DNA of 36,920 bases, from positions 1 to 36,920 of the IMG/VR virus record IMGVR_UViG_3300027834_000004, one strand, 5' to 3'. This document shows, piece after piece, positions 23,688 through 31,759 of this stretch (positions within the stretch are counted from its first letter, which is position 1; each line of letters starts with the position of its first letter). The position numbers were made by a program, and so were the translations under genes. The notes below the pieces were generated by a model. The model searched no databases. It saw only the letters and a program-made list of their open reading frames with translations, and was not told the origin of the DNA. This DNA comes from a virus.

Positions 23688-24946
23688 TGGCTAATCCTTA
23701 TTATGTTGCACCTCCTAGCCTTCAGGGTTTGGGGCAGATTGGCGCGGCTTACTTCCAGAATCAAGAGCAAGAAGAAGCTAAAGCAGCTCAGGCAGCAAAA
23801 CAACAAGAAGCCGCTGGTATCTTAGAGCGTGGCGACATGCAAGAAATATCAAACTTCATGATTAATAACCCTGAAATGGCTCAAGGCGTTAAGCAATCTT
23901 TTGGCTTTATGAATGAGCAGACAGAAAAGAATGCGGTTGATACTGCTATGGGTATGCTGAGCGGTGGTGATTCTGATTCTGCACTAAGAGATAGAGCAGC
24001 AATGATATCTCAACAAGGTGGTGATCCATCGGATACTTTAGCTTTGCTTGATGTTCCAGAAGATGAACGCCAAAAAGTGGCACAGTTCACACTTGCTAGC
24101 TTTGGTAGCCCTGCCCAGATTAAAGCGGTATCTGATTTGACGGGAGGCGGAACAAGTGAAACTAAGGTAGGCGCTCAAGAAATACTTGAAGACGGAACAG
24201 TAATACAATCAACCCCTACAGGCACAAAGGTTTATACGCCACAAGGTGATCTGGTTACTGGCCAAGCTGCTGCTGATGCTATTAGAGAAGGCAGGGCTGA
24301 GAAAGTATCTAATCTAAGAAAGGCAGCAGGTGAGAAGAAGCTTGCAACCTTAGAGGCTCAGAATGAATTGCAGGGTGAAGTTGAGGCGGGTGTGATTAGC
24401 CAGAAAGAAGCGGCCAATGCATCAATAAAAGCATTTGACAAGATTGAAGCCATTAATGACAAGATAGGGCTTTATGATGAGGGTATTGCGCTTATAGATT
24501 CAGGTGCAGGAACTGGTAAAATTGAAGGCATGTTCCCAAGCTTCAAAGCCAACACTATCAAGCTTAATAACTTAGCTAATAGATTGGGGCTTGATGTTGT
24601 AGCTAATACCACATTCGGCGCTCTATCGGCTGGTGAATTAGATATGGCAATGAAGACAGCGATGCCTACAGGTCTAGATGAGCAAGACCTAAAAGAGTGG
24701 CTAATGGAAAAGAAAGACGCTCAAGAAAGACTGGCTGATTACTTGGAGTCTGCTGCTATCTATCTTGGCACTCCTGGTAATACTAAAGTTGGCTGGCTTA
24801 AAAAGAAAAAGCTTGAGAAGAGACAGAAGGCTAATCAGCCACAACAAAATCAAGCCCCGCAAAGTGCAGTTGATTATCTAATGGCTAACCCACAAGCGGC
24901 TGACCAGTTCAAAGCTAAATTTGGTTACTTACCAGAGGGCATGTAA
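23687..24946 (+). CDS. putative ejection / internal virion protein (gp20 position)
   Basis: 419 aa. Low-complexity, A/Q/G-rich and coiled-coil. Assigned by position and size only. Confidence 0.5.
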   Translation: MANPYYVAPPSLQGLGQIGAAYFQNQEQEEAKAAQAAKQQEAAGILERGDMQEISNFMINNPEMAQGVKQSFGFMNEQTEKNAVDTAMGMLSGGDSDSALRDRAAMISQQGGDPSDTLALLDVPEDERQKVAQFTLASFGSPAQIKAVSDLTGGGTSETKVGAQEILEDGTVIQSTPTGTKVYTPQGDLVTGQAAADAIREGRAEKVSNLRKAAGEKKLATLEAQNELQGEVEAGVISQKEAANASIKAFDKIEAINDKIGLYDEGIALIDSGAGTGKIEGMFPSFKANTIKLNNLANRLGLDVVANTTFGALSAGELDMAMKTAMPTGLDEQDLKEWLMEKKDAQERLADYLESAAIYLGTPGNTKVGWLKKKKLEKRQKANQPQQNQAPQSAVDYLMANPQAADQFKAKFGYLPEGM

Positions 24947-26805
24947 TGGCTAATATATTTGACCAATTCGATGAGCCTACTGAGCAATCTGCACCTCAAG
25001 CTGGGAATATATTTGACCAGTTTGATGAGCAGCCGCAAGCAGCTAGCCTAACTCAAGAGCAGTTTGAAGCTAGAAGTGGGGATGTGCCGGACATTTACGG
25101 CGAGACAATCCCTGCTCAACCAGTGCAAGACGAATCAACATTCGGAGAAAAGGCTTTAGGTGCTGGAGAGGCTGCATTGACGGCTGCAACTGGTGCTACA
25201 GGCGGCACTGCTGGACTTGTGGCTGGTACTTTCGCTGGAATAATAGACGAGCTAAGGTCTGGAGAATTCGGGTCTAATGAAGCGGCTAATAGGATAGAGC
25301 AAAAGGCTGCTGATTTAATGCAGGCTCTAACTTATGCGCCTAAGACTGAGAAGGGTCAAGAGTATGTAGGTGATATTGGTGAGGCTGGTGCGGCCCTAGC
25401 TCCTTTAGCAGGATTAAGCGGCCCACTTATGCAGGCTGGCCAATTAGGAAAGGCAGCACGCCCACAAATAGCGCAAGCAGGTCAGACAGCAACTAAGGCG
25501 GCTAAACCAGTAGCGGAAGCTGCCAAAGGCGTGTTTGATTATCAAAGCCCTACCAAGCAGAGAATAGGAAAGCTTTTAGAGCAGAATGTTCCTGATATAG
25601 AAACAGCTAGATATAAGCTTAAAACCCCTAAGACTGATGTAGAAATTCGAGGTGTTGAGGGTAATCTTCTTGATGCTCCAAAACCAGAAGTAGGGGCTGC
25701 AACTGGTAAATTCCAGAAAGCACTAGAGCAAGGCGCGCCTAAGATAGTTAAAGACAAGGCGGCTATTGAATCCATTAAGCAAGGATTTGATGAAGGTGTT
25801 ATTGCTGCTGTTAAGGCCGGATCGAAAGAGGATAAGTCTAAGATGGCTAGAATGGTTAACATTATGGAACAGGGCAAGAAGAACAAAGCCTTCGCCATTA
25901 AAAACCGTCCTAGTGATGTAGCTGGCGAGTCATTGATGCAGCGAGTTAAATCTATTCGTGATGTCAATAAAAAGGCAGGCTCCCAGCTTGGGCAAGTAGC
26001 AGAGAAGCTAAAAGGCCAAAAGGTTGATAGCACACCAGCGGTTAATAACTTTGTTAATCAATTAGATGAGATGGGAATAAAAATAGGTGATGATTTAAAG
26101 CCTGTCTTTGCAGGCTCTGATATTGAGGGTGTAGTTGGTGCTGAGAATGTAGTTAAGAATATTGTAAGGAGAATGACTAACACAAAGACTCCAGACGGTT
26201 ACGATATCCACAGGCTTAAGAAGTACATTGACGAGCAGGTTACATACGGAAAGACAACAGAAGGTCTTACTGGTAAAACTGAATCAGTGCTTAAAAATCT
26301 TAGAAGAAACCTTGATAATATTTTAGATGAGAAATTCCCTGAATATGACAATGTTAATACCACTTATAAAGACACGATTACAGCACTAGACGCAATACAA
26401 GATGTTGCGGGCCGTAAGATGGACTTATCAGGCGGAAGTGCAGACAAGGCAACCGGAACACTATTAAGAAGATTGATGAGCAATGCTCAATCTAGAGTTA
26501 GATTGCTTGATTCAATAGATGAGATTGAAGGTGTAGCTGGAAAGTATGGTGCTAAGTTCAATGATGATCTTTTATCTCAGACTCTGTTTGTTGATGAGCT
26601 TGATAGAATGTTTGGGCCTGTTGCTAGAACATCTCTACAAGGCCAAGTAGGTCAAGCTGTAGAGGGTGCAGGAAGAGCTGCAACCTCACCAACTGGAGTT
26701 GTAGACATAGCTATCAAAGGCGCTGGAAAGCTAGGTGATAAGCTTCAGAATATAAATGAAGCTGGCGCATTTAAATCAATTAAAGAATTATTGAAAAACC
26801 AATAA
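24946..26805 (+). CDS. putative ejection / internal virion protein (gp16 position)
   Basis: 619 aa. The N-terminus has a duplicated NIFDQFDE motif and an AGA-rich stretch. Assigned by position and size only. Confidence 0.5.
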   Translation: MANIFDQFDEPTEQSAPQAGNIFDQFDEQPQAASLTQEQFEARSGDVPDIYGETIPAQPVQDESTFGEKALGAGEAALTAATGATGGTAGLVAGTFAGIIDELRSGEFGSNEAANRIEQKAADLMQALTYAPKTEKGQEYVGDIGEAGAALAPLAGLSGPLMQAGQLGKAARPQIAQAGQTATKAAKPVAEAAKGVFDYQSPTKQRIGKLLEQNVPDIETARYKLKTPKTDVEIRGVEGNLLDAPKPEVGAATGKFQKALEQGAPKIVKDKAAIESIKQGFDEGVIAAVKAGSKEDKSKMARMVNIMEQGKKNKAFAIKNRPSDVAGESLMQRVKSIRDVNKKAGSQLGQVAEKLKGQKVDSTPAVNNFVNQLDEMGIKIGDDLKPVFAGSDIEGVVGAENVVKNIVRRMTNTKTPDGYDIHRLKKYIDEQVTYGKTTEGLTGKTESVLKNLRRNLDNILDEKFPEYDNVNTTYKDTITALDAIQDVAGRKMDLSGGSADKATGTLLRRLMSNAQSRVRLLDSIDEIEGVAGKYGAKFNDDLLSQTLFVDELDRMFGPVARTSLQGQVGQAVEGAGRAATSPTGVVDIAIKGAGKLGDKLQNINEAGAFKSIKELLKNQ

Positions 26806-26848
26806 GCCCAATTAAACACCATAAACTAAAATCAAAAGGTGATTAAAA

Positions 26849-28726
26849 ATGTCATTAAACTATGTAAGCAACCCTTATGCTTATTATAACGCTAGAAACA
26901 AAGGCAGACCTATATTCAATGGTAAGATATTTGTTGGTGAGCCCGACCTAGACCCTACTATTGTGGCTAATCAAAAGCCTTTGACCGCTAAACAGGAGGA
27001 TGGAACGCAAGTATCCATAGCTCAGCCTGTGTCTACTAATTCTGGCGGCTATGCTGTTGATGCTAGCGGTAATGTCGTTGTTCTATTGGTTGAGGGTAAC
27101 TATTCAATTCGAGTTAATGACGCCCAAGGCGCTCTAGCTTTAGAACAGTCTAATGTTAATAATGGGGTTCCCATAACATCCTCCGATAATCCTGTTTTAT
27201 ATCGGGATACTATAAGCACTATGATAGCCGACACAGGGTTAGAAATAGGACAACTTGTAATTACAAAAGGCGGGTCGTCACCTGGCGATGGGGGGGCATC
27301 TACATACCTTATAGCAGCTAATCAATCTGTAGATGGCATAGGTGATTTTAATCTTGATAATGGAAATGTTGCGCTCCTTCAATCTCATATATCAGTACAG
27401 ACAAGTACAGGGACGAGCGAGGCGGCATTAGGATGCGTAATAGGAGATGCAACCTACTCCCCGTCTGTGATAGGCGAGGGTTCAGTTCTTATAGGAGGGT
27501 ATGAGGAGGCAAACAAAAACAGGCTACCCGGTACAACAGAACTCAGAGCAATTATAGCAGGGTATGATTGTGAGATAGCAGAAAGAGGCGTATCAGATGA
27601 CGGCGGCTTAGCATGTGTTATTGTTGGCTCGCATCATTCTGAAATACAAGGCGATGCGACACACGGCCTTATTGCAGGAGGCAGTAATCTAGCAATGACC
27701 GATGGTGATTATGGGGTAATGATTGGCGGCACAGGTAATGAAGTCAGGAATAACAACGGACGACCCACGCATTCTGCGATTATCGGAGGGTTTGGGAATG
27801 TAGTTGACTCGCCAAATGCAGCTATCGTAGGAGGGATAACAAGTACAGTGGCAGGGGAGTTTTCCGCTGTTCTTGTTGGTCAGAATAGCCAGGCGGCTGG
27901 TAATTTTGTCATAGTAATGGGCTCAGAGAATCAGTCTCTAGCTGGGACGCTAGCTAATGGCAGTAAGAATACCATTAGCGGCGGAAGGACTAATCTAATC
28001 GATAGTATTACCAACCCTGTTGGAAATGTTATTGCAGGCGGTGAAAACCATAGTGTATATGGATTATATTGCTCAGTAGGTGGTGGAATAGGTGCAAAAA
28101 TAGGTGATGCAGCGGTAAACTCATCTTATGGAACTATCCCCGGAGGATTAAATAACACAGTAACAGCCGAAACAGCAGGATCAGTTCTTGGCGGAAGACT
28201 TAACCAGTCAGCGGCAGATTACAGCACAGTAACTGGTGGAAGAGAGAATGTTGCATCTGGCATCTATTCAGAGGCTAAAGGTTATCAAGCCGATGCTAGA
28301 CTAGACGCTTTTGATACGATGGCGCATGGGTTCATAGCAACAGTAGGCGATGCTCAAACCTCAAGAGGTACAAGAAAAGCTCAAACAACAGACGGAACAG
28401 CTACGCCTACCCCGTCCTTGGTGATGCAGGATAACTCAACTTGGCGCTTTGAATGTGTAGTTGTAGCTCACAAAGTAGGGGGGACGCCTGCAAGTGCTTC
28501 ATTTAAAATAGTTGGCCTAGTTCGTAGAGATGTAGGGGTTGGGACAGTTGCTTTTGTTGGTGTTCCAACTGTTACAAATGAGTTTGCAGATGCTACAGCA
28601 GCAACTTGGACAGCTACCGTTATAACCAATATATCAGCAGGAGCAATAAGAGCCGAGTTGACGGGTGAGGCGGGTAAAACTATTAATTGGGAGACTTACT
28701 GGACACTAGTCGAGACTGTAGGGTAG
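26849..28726 (+). CDS. tailspike with a P22-type head-binding domain and a G-rich repeat receptor-binding region
   Basis: The N-terminus RPIFNGKIFVGEPDLDPTIVANQKPL..QEDGTQVSIAQPVSTNSGGY parallels P22 gp9 ([34 protein letters not shown]). The middle region has repeated IIGG/VGG..N....G turns. Confidence 0.85.
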   Translation: MSLNYVSNPYAYYNARNKGRPIFNGKIFVGEPDLDPTIVANQKPLTAKQEDGTQVSIAQPVSTNSGGYAVDASGNVVVLLVEGNYSIRVNDAQGALALEQSNVNNGVPITSSDNPVLYRDTISTMIADTGLEIGQLVITKGGSSPGDGGASTYLIAANQSVDGIGDFNLDNGNVALLQSHISVQTSTGTSEAALGCVIGDATYSPSVIGEGSVLIGGYEEANKNRLPGTTELRAIIAGYDCEIAERGVSDDGGLACVIVGSHHSEIQGDATHGLIAGGSNLAMTDGDYGVMIGGTGNEVRNNNGRPTHSAIIGGFGNVVDSPNAAIVGGITSTVAGEFSAVLVGQNSQAAGNFVIVMGSENQSLAGTLANGSKNTISGGRTNLIDSITNPVGNVIAGGENHSVYGLYCSVGGGIGAKIGDAAVNSSYGTIPGGLNNTVTAETAGSVLGGRLNQSAADYSTVTGGRENVASGIYSEAKGYQADARLDAFDTMAHGFIATVGDAQTSRGTRKAQTTDGTATPTPSLVMQDNSTWRFECVVVAHKVGGTPASASFKIVGLVRRDVGVGTVAFVGVPTVTNEFADATAATWTATVITNISAGAIRAELTGEAGKTINWETYWTLVETVG

Positions 28727-28804
28727 ATGAAGCTAACCATATACAGAGACAATAGCGGCACTAGCTCAACCCTAGGCCGCTTATGCATTGGAGAGGGCTT
28801 ATAA
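28727..28804 (+). pseudogene. 25-codon ORF, possibly the 5' remnant of a gene truncated by the HNH insertion
   Basis: MKLTIYRDNSGTSSTLGRLCIGEGL-stop. The pattern M.L.[LI].R.....T.G.L resembles N-termini I recall from DUF5675-type proteins. Its stop overlaps the convergent HNH stop. Confidence 0.25.
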
Positions 28805-29308
28805 AGGCCTTTGGCTTCCATGATTATAATGGTAGCCATGCCTTATCTCCGCAGACTTTCTTGAACATATAGCTTCAAACTTATCCGCAAACCTGCCTAA
28901 TGTTAACTTCTTATTGCGGTGGTTAATGTAGGCAACCCATTTTGAGGACTTAATATCCCAGCTAATACCAATAACGCCGGATTTATTTGTTTTAGGTAGC
29001 CTTCTATTTCTGCTATTTATCGAGGGGTCTGCCGCTCTTAAGTTCTCATATTTATTATTAAGTCCATTTCCATCAATATGATCTATTTGACTAGGGATTG
29101 ACTCATTAAAATATAGCCAGATAAGCCTATGCTCCAAATACCCCTTAGAGTCTATTTTTATCCTTTTGTAGCTTTTCCCTGATTCCCCTATCTGAATTTT
29201 ACCAGCTTGGCTTCCTGATTTTATGGAGTTAGATTTTTTAATTATCCAAAAAAGACTTCCTGCATTTGGGTTGTATTTTAATATTGATTTTAAGTATTCT
29301 TGATTCAT
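28799..29308 (-). CDS. HNH homing endonuclease with a C-terminal AP2 domain
   Basis: HRLIWLYF....IDHIDGNGLNNKYENLR (HNH_3 type), followed by SGVIGISWD..SKWVAYINHRNKKLTLGRFADKFEA (AP2). Opposite strand to all neighbours and visibly AT-rich. Confidence 0.85.
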   Translation of the reverse strand: MNQEYLKSILKYNPNAGSLFWIIKKSNSIKSGSQAGKIQIGESGKSYKRIKIDSKGYLEHRLIWLYFNESIPSQIDHIDGNGLNNKYENLRAADPSINSRNRRLPKTNKSGVIGISWDIKSSKWVAYINHRNKKLTLGRFADKFEAICSRKSAEIRHGYHYNHGSQRPL

Positions 29309-29389
29309 TGGCACCACCAATTTAACCGGAAGGATTGAGCGGAGGCTAGACGGTTAACCTAGTGTTCGGGAGCAACCCCTATCCGCATA

Positions 29390-29398
29390 TGATATTAT
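29390..29398 (+). promoter_or_regulatory. extended -10 element (TGaTATTAT) upstream of the lysis genes
   Basis: Read directly, about 30 nt before ATG 29427. No good -35 element. Confidence 0.35.
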
Positions 29399-29426
29399 AC
29401 AGAAAAATAAACTTAAGGCATAAATA

Positions 29427-29777
29427 ATGGGTGATATCAGTAAGAACTTCGACAGGTCGGAATTTGCTTGCTCGTGTGGCTGTAACTTTAATACTGTAGA
29501 CGCAAAGCTAATAGAAATGGTTCAGGCTGCTAGAGAGCGATTTGGCCCTATTAGAATAAACTCTGCATGTAGATGTGAAACTCATAACAGGAAAGTAGGT
29601 GGCGCTGAGAATAGCCAGCATAAGCTTGGTAGAGCTGCTGATATAGTTCCGTTAACTCAAGCTGTAACGATTGATAGGTTGTTTAAGTTCTTTGATGAAA
29701 ACTACTCAGAGAGCGGATTAGGGGCTTACAATACATTCCTACATGTTGATAGCCGTGGCTATAAGGCGAGATGGTAA
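29427..29777 (+). CDS. endolysin, peptidase M15A family (zinc D-Ala-D-Ala carboxypeptidase-like)
   Basis: 116 aa. FDRSEFACSCG, SQHKLGRAADI and FLHVDSR (H..D..H zinc ligand pattern). Confidence 0.85.
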   Translation: MGDISKNFDRSEFACSCGCNFNTVDAKLIEMVQAARERFGPIRINSACRCETHNRKVGGAENSQHKLGRAADIVPLTQAVTIDRLFKFFDENYSESGLGAYNTFLHVDSRGYKARW

Positions 29778-30115
29778 TGAGTCTATTAGACACGCTATTC
29801 GGTTCGAGCAAAGTAATCGAGAAAGGTACTGACATGCTAGATAATGCATTCTATACCGATCAAGAGAAGGCTGCTGGGCATATAAAGCTGTTAGGTGCCT
29901 ATGAGCCGTTTAAGTTATCGCAAAGGCTTCTAGCGCTTTCTATCGTGCCTATGTGGGCTTTGTGTCACTTCATATGCTTCGGTATTTGGCTGGTTAATCC
30001 TGAATACAATCTAGATGCAGCCCTATTAATCCTGAATGGAAAAATAGGGATAGCTTCTAGCATTATTGTAGGATTTTACTTTGGTGGCGGTATGCTTAAC
30101 TCGCTCAGGAAATAA
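29771..30115 (+). CDS. holin-like membrane protein (GTA-type 3TM holin-like N-terminus)
   Basis: 114 aa, overlaps the endolysin stop. LLDTLFG...DNAFYTDQEKAAG is followed by hydrophobic segments. Confidence 0.55.
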   Translation: MVMSLLDTLFGSSKVIEKGTDMLDNAFYTDQEKAAGHIKLLGAYEPFKLSQRLLALSIVPMWALCHFICFGIWLVNPEYNLDAALLILNGKIGIASSIIVGFYFGGGMLNSLRK

Positions 30116-30126
30116 CACTTTGATAG

Positions 30127-30146
30127 AGGGACGCAAGCGCCCTTTA
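30127..30146 (+). terminator. hairpin and T-rich tail at the convergent gene boundary
   Basis: AGGG(a)CG-caag-CGCCCT followed by TTATCGTTATGTTATTTTTT. Confidence 0.5.
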
Positions 30147-30229
30147 TCGTTATGTTATTTTTTCACGCACTTATAGTCTCTTTTAAATTTCGTTCCGTAT
30201 GTAAGGTGCATAAAAGATTTACCCGCAAA

Positions 30230-30252
30230 TTGGCAGCTTTCAAAACTACTAA
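30230..30252 (-). promoter_or_regulatory. degenerate copy of the 17-bp motif with a 6-nt insertion (TTAGTAGTTTTGaaagctGCCAA on the minus strand)
   Basis: Read directly in the 30116-30299 spacer. Confidence 0.35.
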
Positions 30253-30299
30253 ATTCTTGCGTGTAAACAGTCAGATTTATAACGGTCATTAATATATAG

Positions 30300-30527
30300 C
30301 TAGTCATCGTTTTCCCCTCTATCCGCCAAACACAACCTTCCAGCTATGTGCATTGATTGCGTTAAACAGTCTGGAACCAGTCCGAATAAGCTATCAACCC
30401 AAGATAGACCGTCCCACTTAAAAACATACTCTTTGCCATTATTGCCTATTAGCAAATAAAAACAGCCTTTCTCTATTTCCACTTCATTCTCCAAAAAATA
30501 ACAAATAATTGAATTAGAGCCTCGCAA
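30300..30527 (-). CDS. hypothetical protein (start uncertain)
   Basis: 75-aa ORF with only a TTG start, which falls inside the hairpin GAGCCTCGCAAGGCTC. Confidence 0.35.
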   Translation of the reverse strand: MRGSNSIICYFLENEVEIEKGCFYLLIGNNGKEYVFKWDGLSWVDSLFGLVPDCLTQSMHIAGRLCLADRGENDD

Positions 30528-30557
30528 GGCTCGACCAAATTAATAACTGGGTTATGC

Positions 30558-30794
30558 CTACTCTTTCCACTCACAATAAACTTTAACCTCATCGCGCATT
30601 TCCGCTAAATCTCTAAAAGTTTCAACTGCATCTATTGATAGCCTTTCAACTTCCTTTTTCACCTCTTCCTCTGCTTTTTCTTTAAACTCAACAACCATGC
30701 GATTAACTATATTATTAGTCACATTTTCTTTTAGTGTAGCCAGCAACGATTCTTCCGTTATCTTTGCTATATTGTACTCATCTAATATTGCCAT
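30558..30794 (-). CDS. acidic coiled-coil protein
   Basis: 78 aa. GGAGAGATAAAT Shine-Dalgarno before the ATG. Confidence 0.6.
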   Translation of the reverse strand: MAILDEYNIAKITEESLLATLKENVTNNIVNRMVVEFKEKAEEEVKKEVERLSIDAVETFRDLAEMRDEVKVYCEWKE

Positions 30795-30838
30795 ATTTAT
30801 CTCTCCAATATACTTATAGTGCGCAGCATAACTAAGGG

Positions 30839-31102
30839 TTATGCCTTAGATATTCTCTTCAAAGCATTATTTAAACTATTCTCAGAAATGGTAATAGCAG
30901 CCTTTAACAGCTCTTTATCCATCTCTAAGTCTTTGATTCTATCTTCTAACTCTTGCCTGTTAGCCTTTTCAATCTTAGCAGACTGCTCTAATTGATTAAC
31001 AATCCTGATAACCTGCTCAGGTGTGACATTCCCTTGATTATAAACAAACTGCCCTTTAGGGGCGGCTGAGTCCTTTCTATACCGTAACGTCAACGTGCTC
31101 AC
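30839..31102 (-). CDS. hypothetical coiled-coil protein
   Basis: 87-aa ORF with a GTG start (a TTG start 9 nt downstream is possible). Confidence 0.5.
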   Translation of the reverse strand: MSTLTLRYRKDSAAPKGQFVYNQGNVTPEQVIRIVNQLEQSAKIEKANRQELEDRIKDLEMDKELLKAAITISENSLNNALKRISKA

Positions 31103-31364
31103 CTATGTACTTTTCTTGCGAATCCTTAATCCAGTCAAGCCTTTTAGATAAATCCATATCATCTAGCTTTGAACTATAAGTAATGCCTAGCTTAGATACT
31201 CGCTCACATTCTGCAAGTACCTTAGAAGATAGCTCAGGGTCAGGATTCATTATGGTGGTTCGCTTATCGCTTAAGCCTAAACCCCAAATATCACCTAGCT
31301 CTAACTCACCTATAACCTGCACTTTGCCAAGTCCATCTAGCTCTATAATCATTCCTGATTTCAT
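31077..31364 (-). CDS. hypothetical protein
   Basis: 95 aa. GAGAGAGAGCAAAAA precedes the ATG. Confidence 0.55.
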   Translation of the reverse strand: MKSGMIIELDGLGKVQVIGELELGDIWGLGLSDKRTTIMNPDPELSSKVLAECERVSKLGITYSSKLDDMDLSKRLDWIKDSQEKYIGEHVDVTV

Positions 31365-31537
31365 TTTTTGCTCTCTCTCGGATTTACTGTTTCTAGTCTT
31401 CTTTCGCCTAAGTGTCTAGTTACAAGTATATTTTTATTGCCAGCATCTAGAAGGTAAAAGGTCTTATGCTCGGTATCTGCTAAATATTGAGCCTCTTCAA
31501 TTGCTCCTAAGATATCAGTGAATATCATGGCAAACAT
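31361..31537 (-). CDS. hypothetical protein
   Basis: ATG at 31537 or 31528. The track's TTG 31546 start is less likely. Confidence 0.5.
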   Translation of the reverse strand: MFAMIFTDILGAIEEAQYLADTEHKTFYLLDAGNKNILVTRHLGERRLETVNPRESKK

Positions 31538-31733
31538 ACTCCGCAATATTATTCCTTAATGCTGACAGCGCCCCAGCACATGTACGGCCTATTCCACAGA
31601 AGTGCTTTTGATTTACTTTACTTAAAGCTATCCATTTACCGTTAATCTTCTTTATGCTCATCTTCATCTCTCCAGGTGAATAGCCACTATTACACGTTAA
31701 TAGCATTGAAACAGTGGCAAGAACTACCAACAT
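31515..31733 (-). CDS. hypothetical protein (possibly only 48 aa, from ATG 31661)
   Basis: A GGAGAG Shine-Dalgarno precedes the internal ATGs at 31667/31661. ATG 31733 has no Shine-Dalgarno. INGKWIALSKVN is faintly AP2-like. Confidence 0.45.
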   Translation of the reverse strand: MLVVLATVSMLLTCNSGYSPGEMKMSIKKINGKWIALSKVNQKHFCGIGRTCAGALSALRNNIAEYVCHDIH

Positions 31734-31759
31734 TTAAGGGTGTTGGTAGAATATGCTAG

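Noticed and set aside
28727-29426. A group I intron carrying the HNH gene and splitting the endolysin or an upstream gene
   Set aside because: The HNH ORF is on the opposite strand. The M15A ORF looks complete from its own ATG. I could not identify the P3-P9 core pairings by eye, and no exon 2 continues the 25-codon ORF. A free-standing homing endonuclease is the simpler reading.
30155-30289. A 44-aa minus-strand ORF in the spacer after the holin gene
   Set aside because: It has no Shine-Dalgarno and an unremarkable composition, and the degenerate motif copy lies inside it. It is probably non-coding.
31662-31733. An N-terminal lipoprotein signal (MLVVLATVSMLLTC) on the 31515..31733 ORF, as a possible o-spanin
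   Set aside because: LLTC does not fit the lipobox consensus ([LVI][ASTVI][GAS]C). ATG 31733 has no Shine-Dalgarno, whereas a GGAGAG sequence precedes the internal ATG at 31661.
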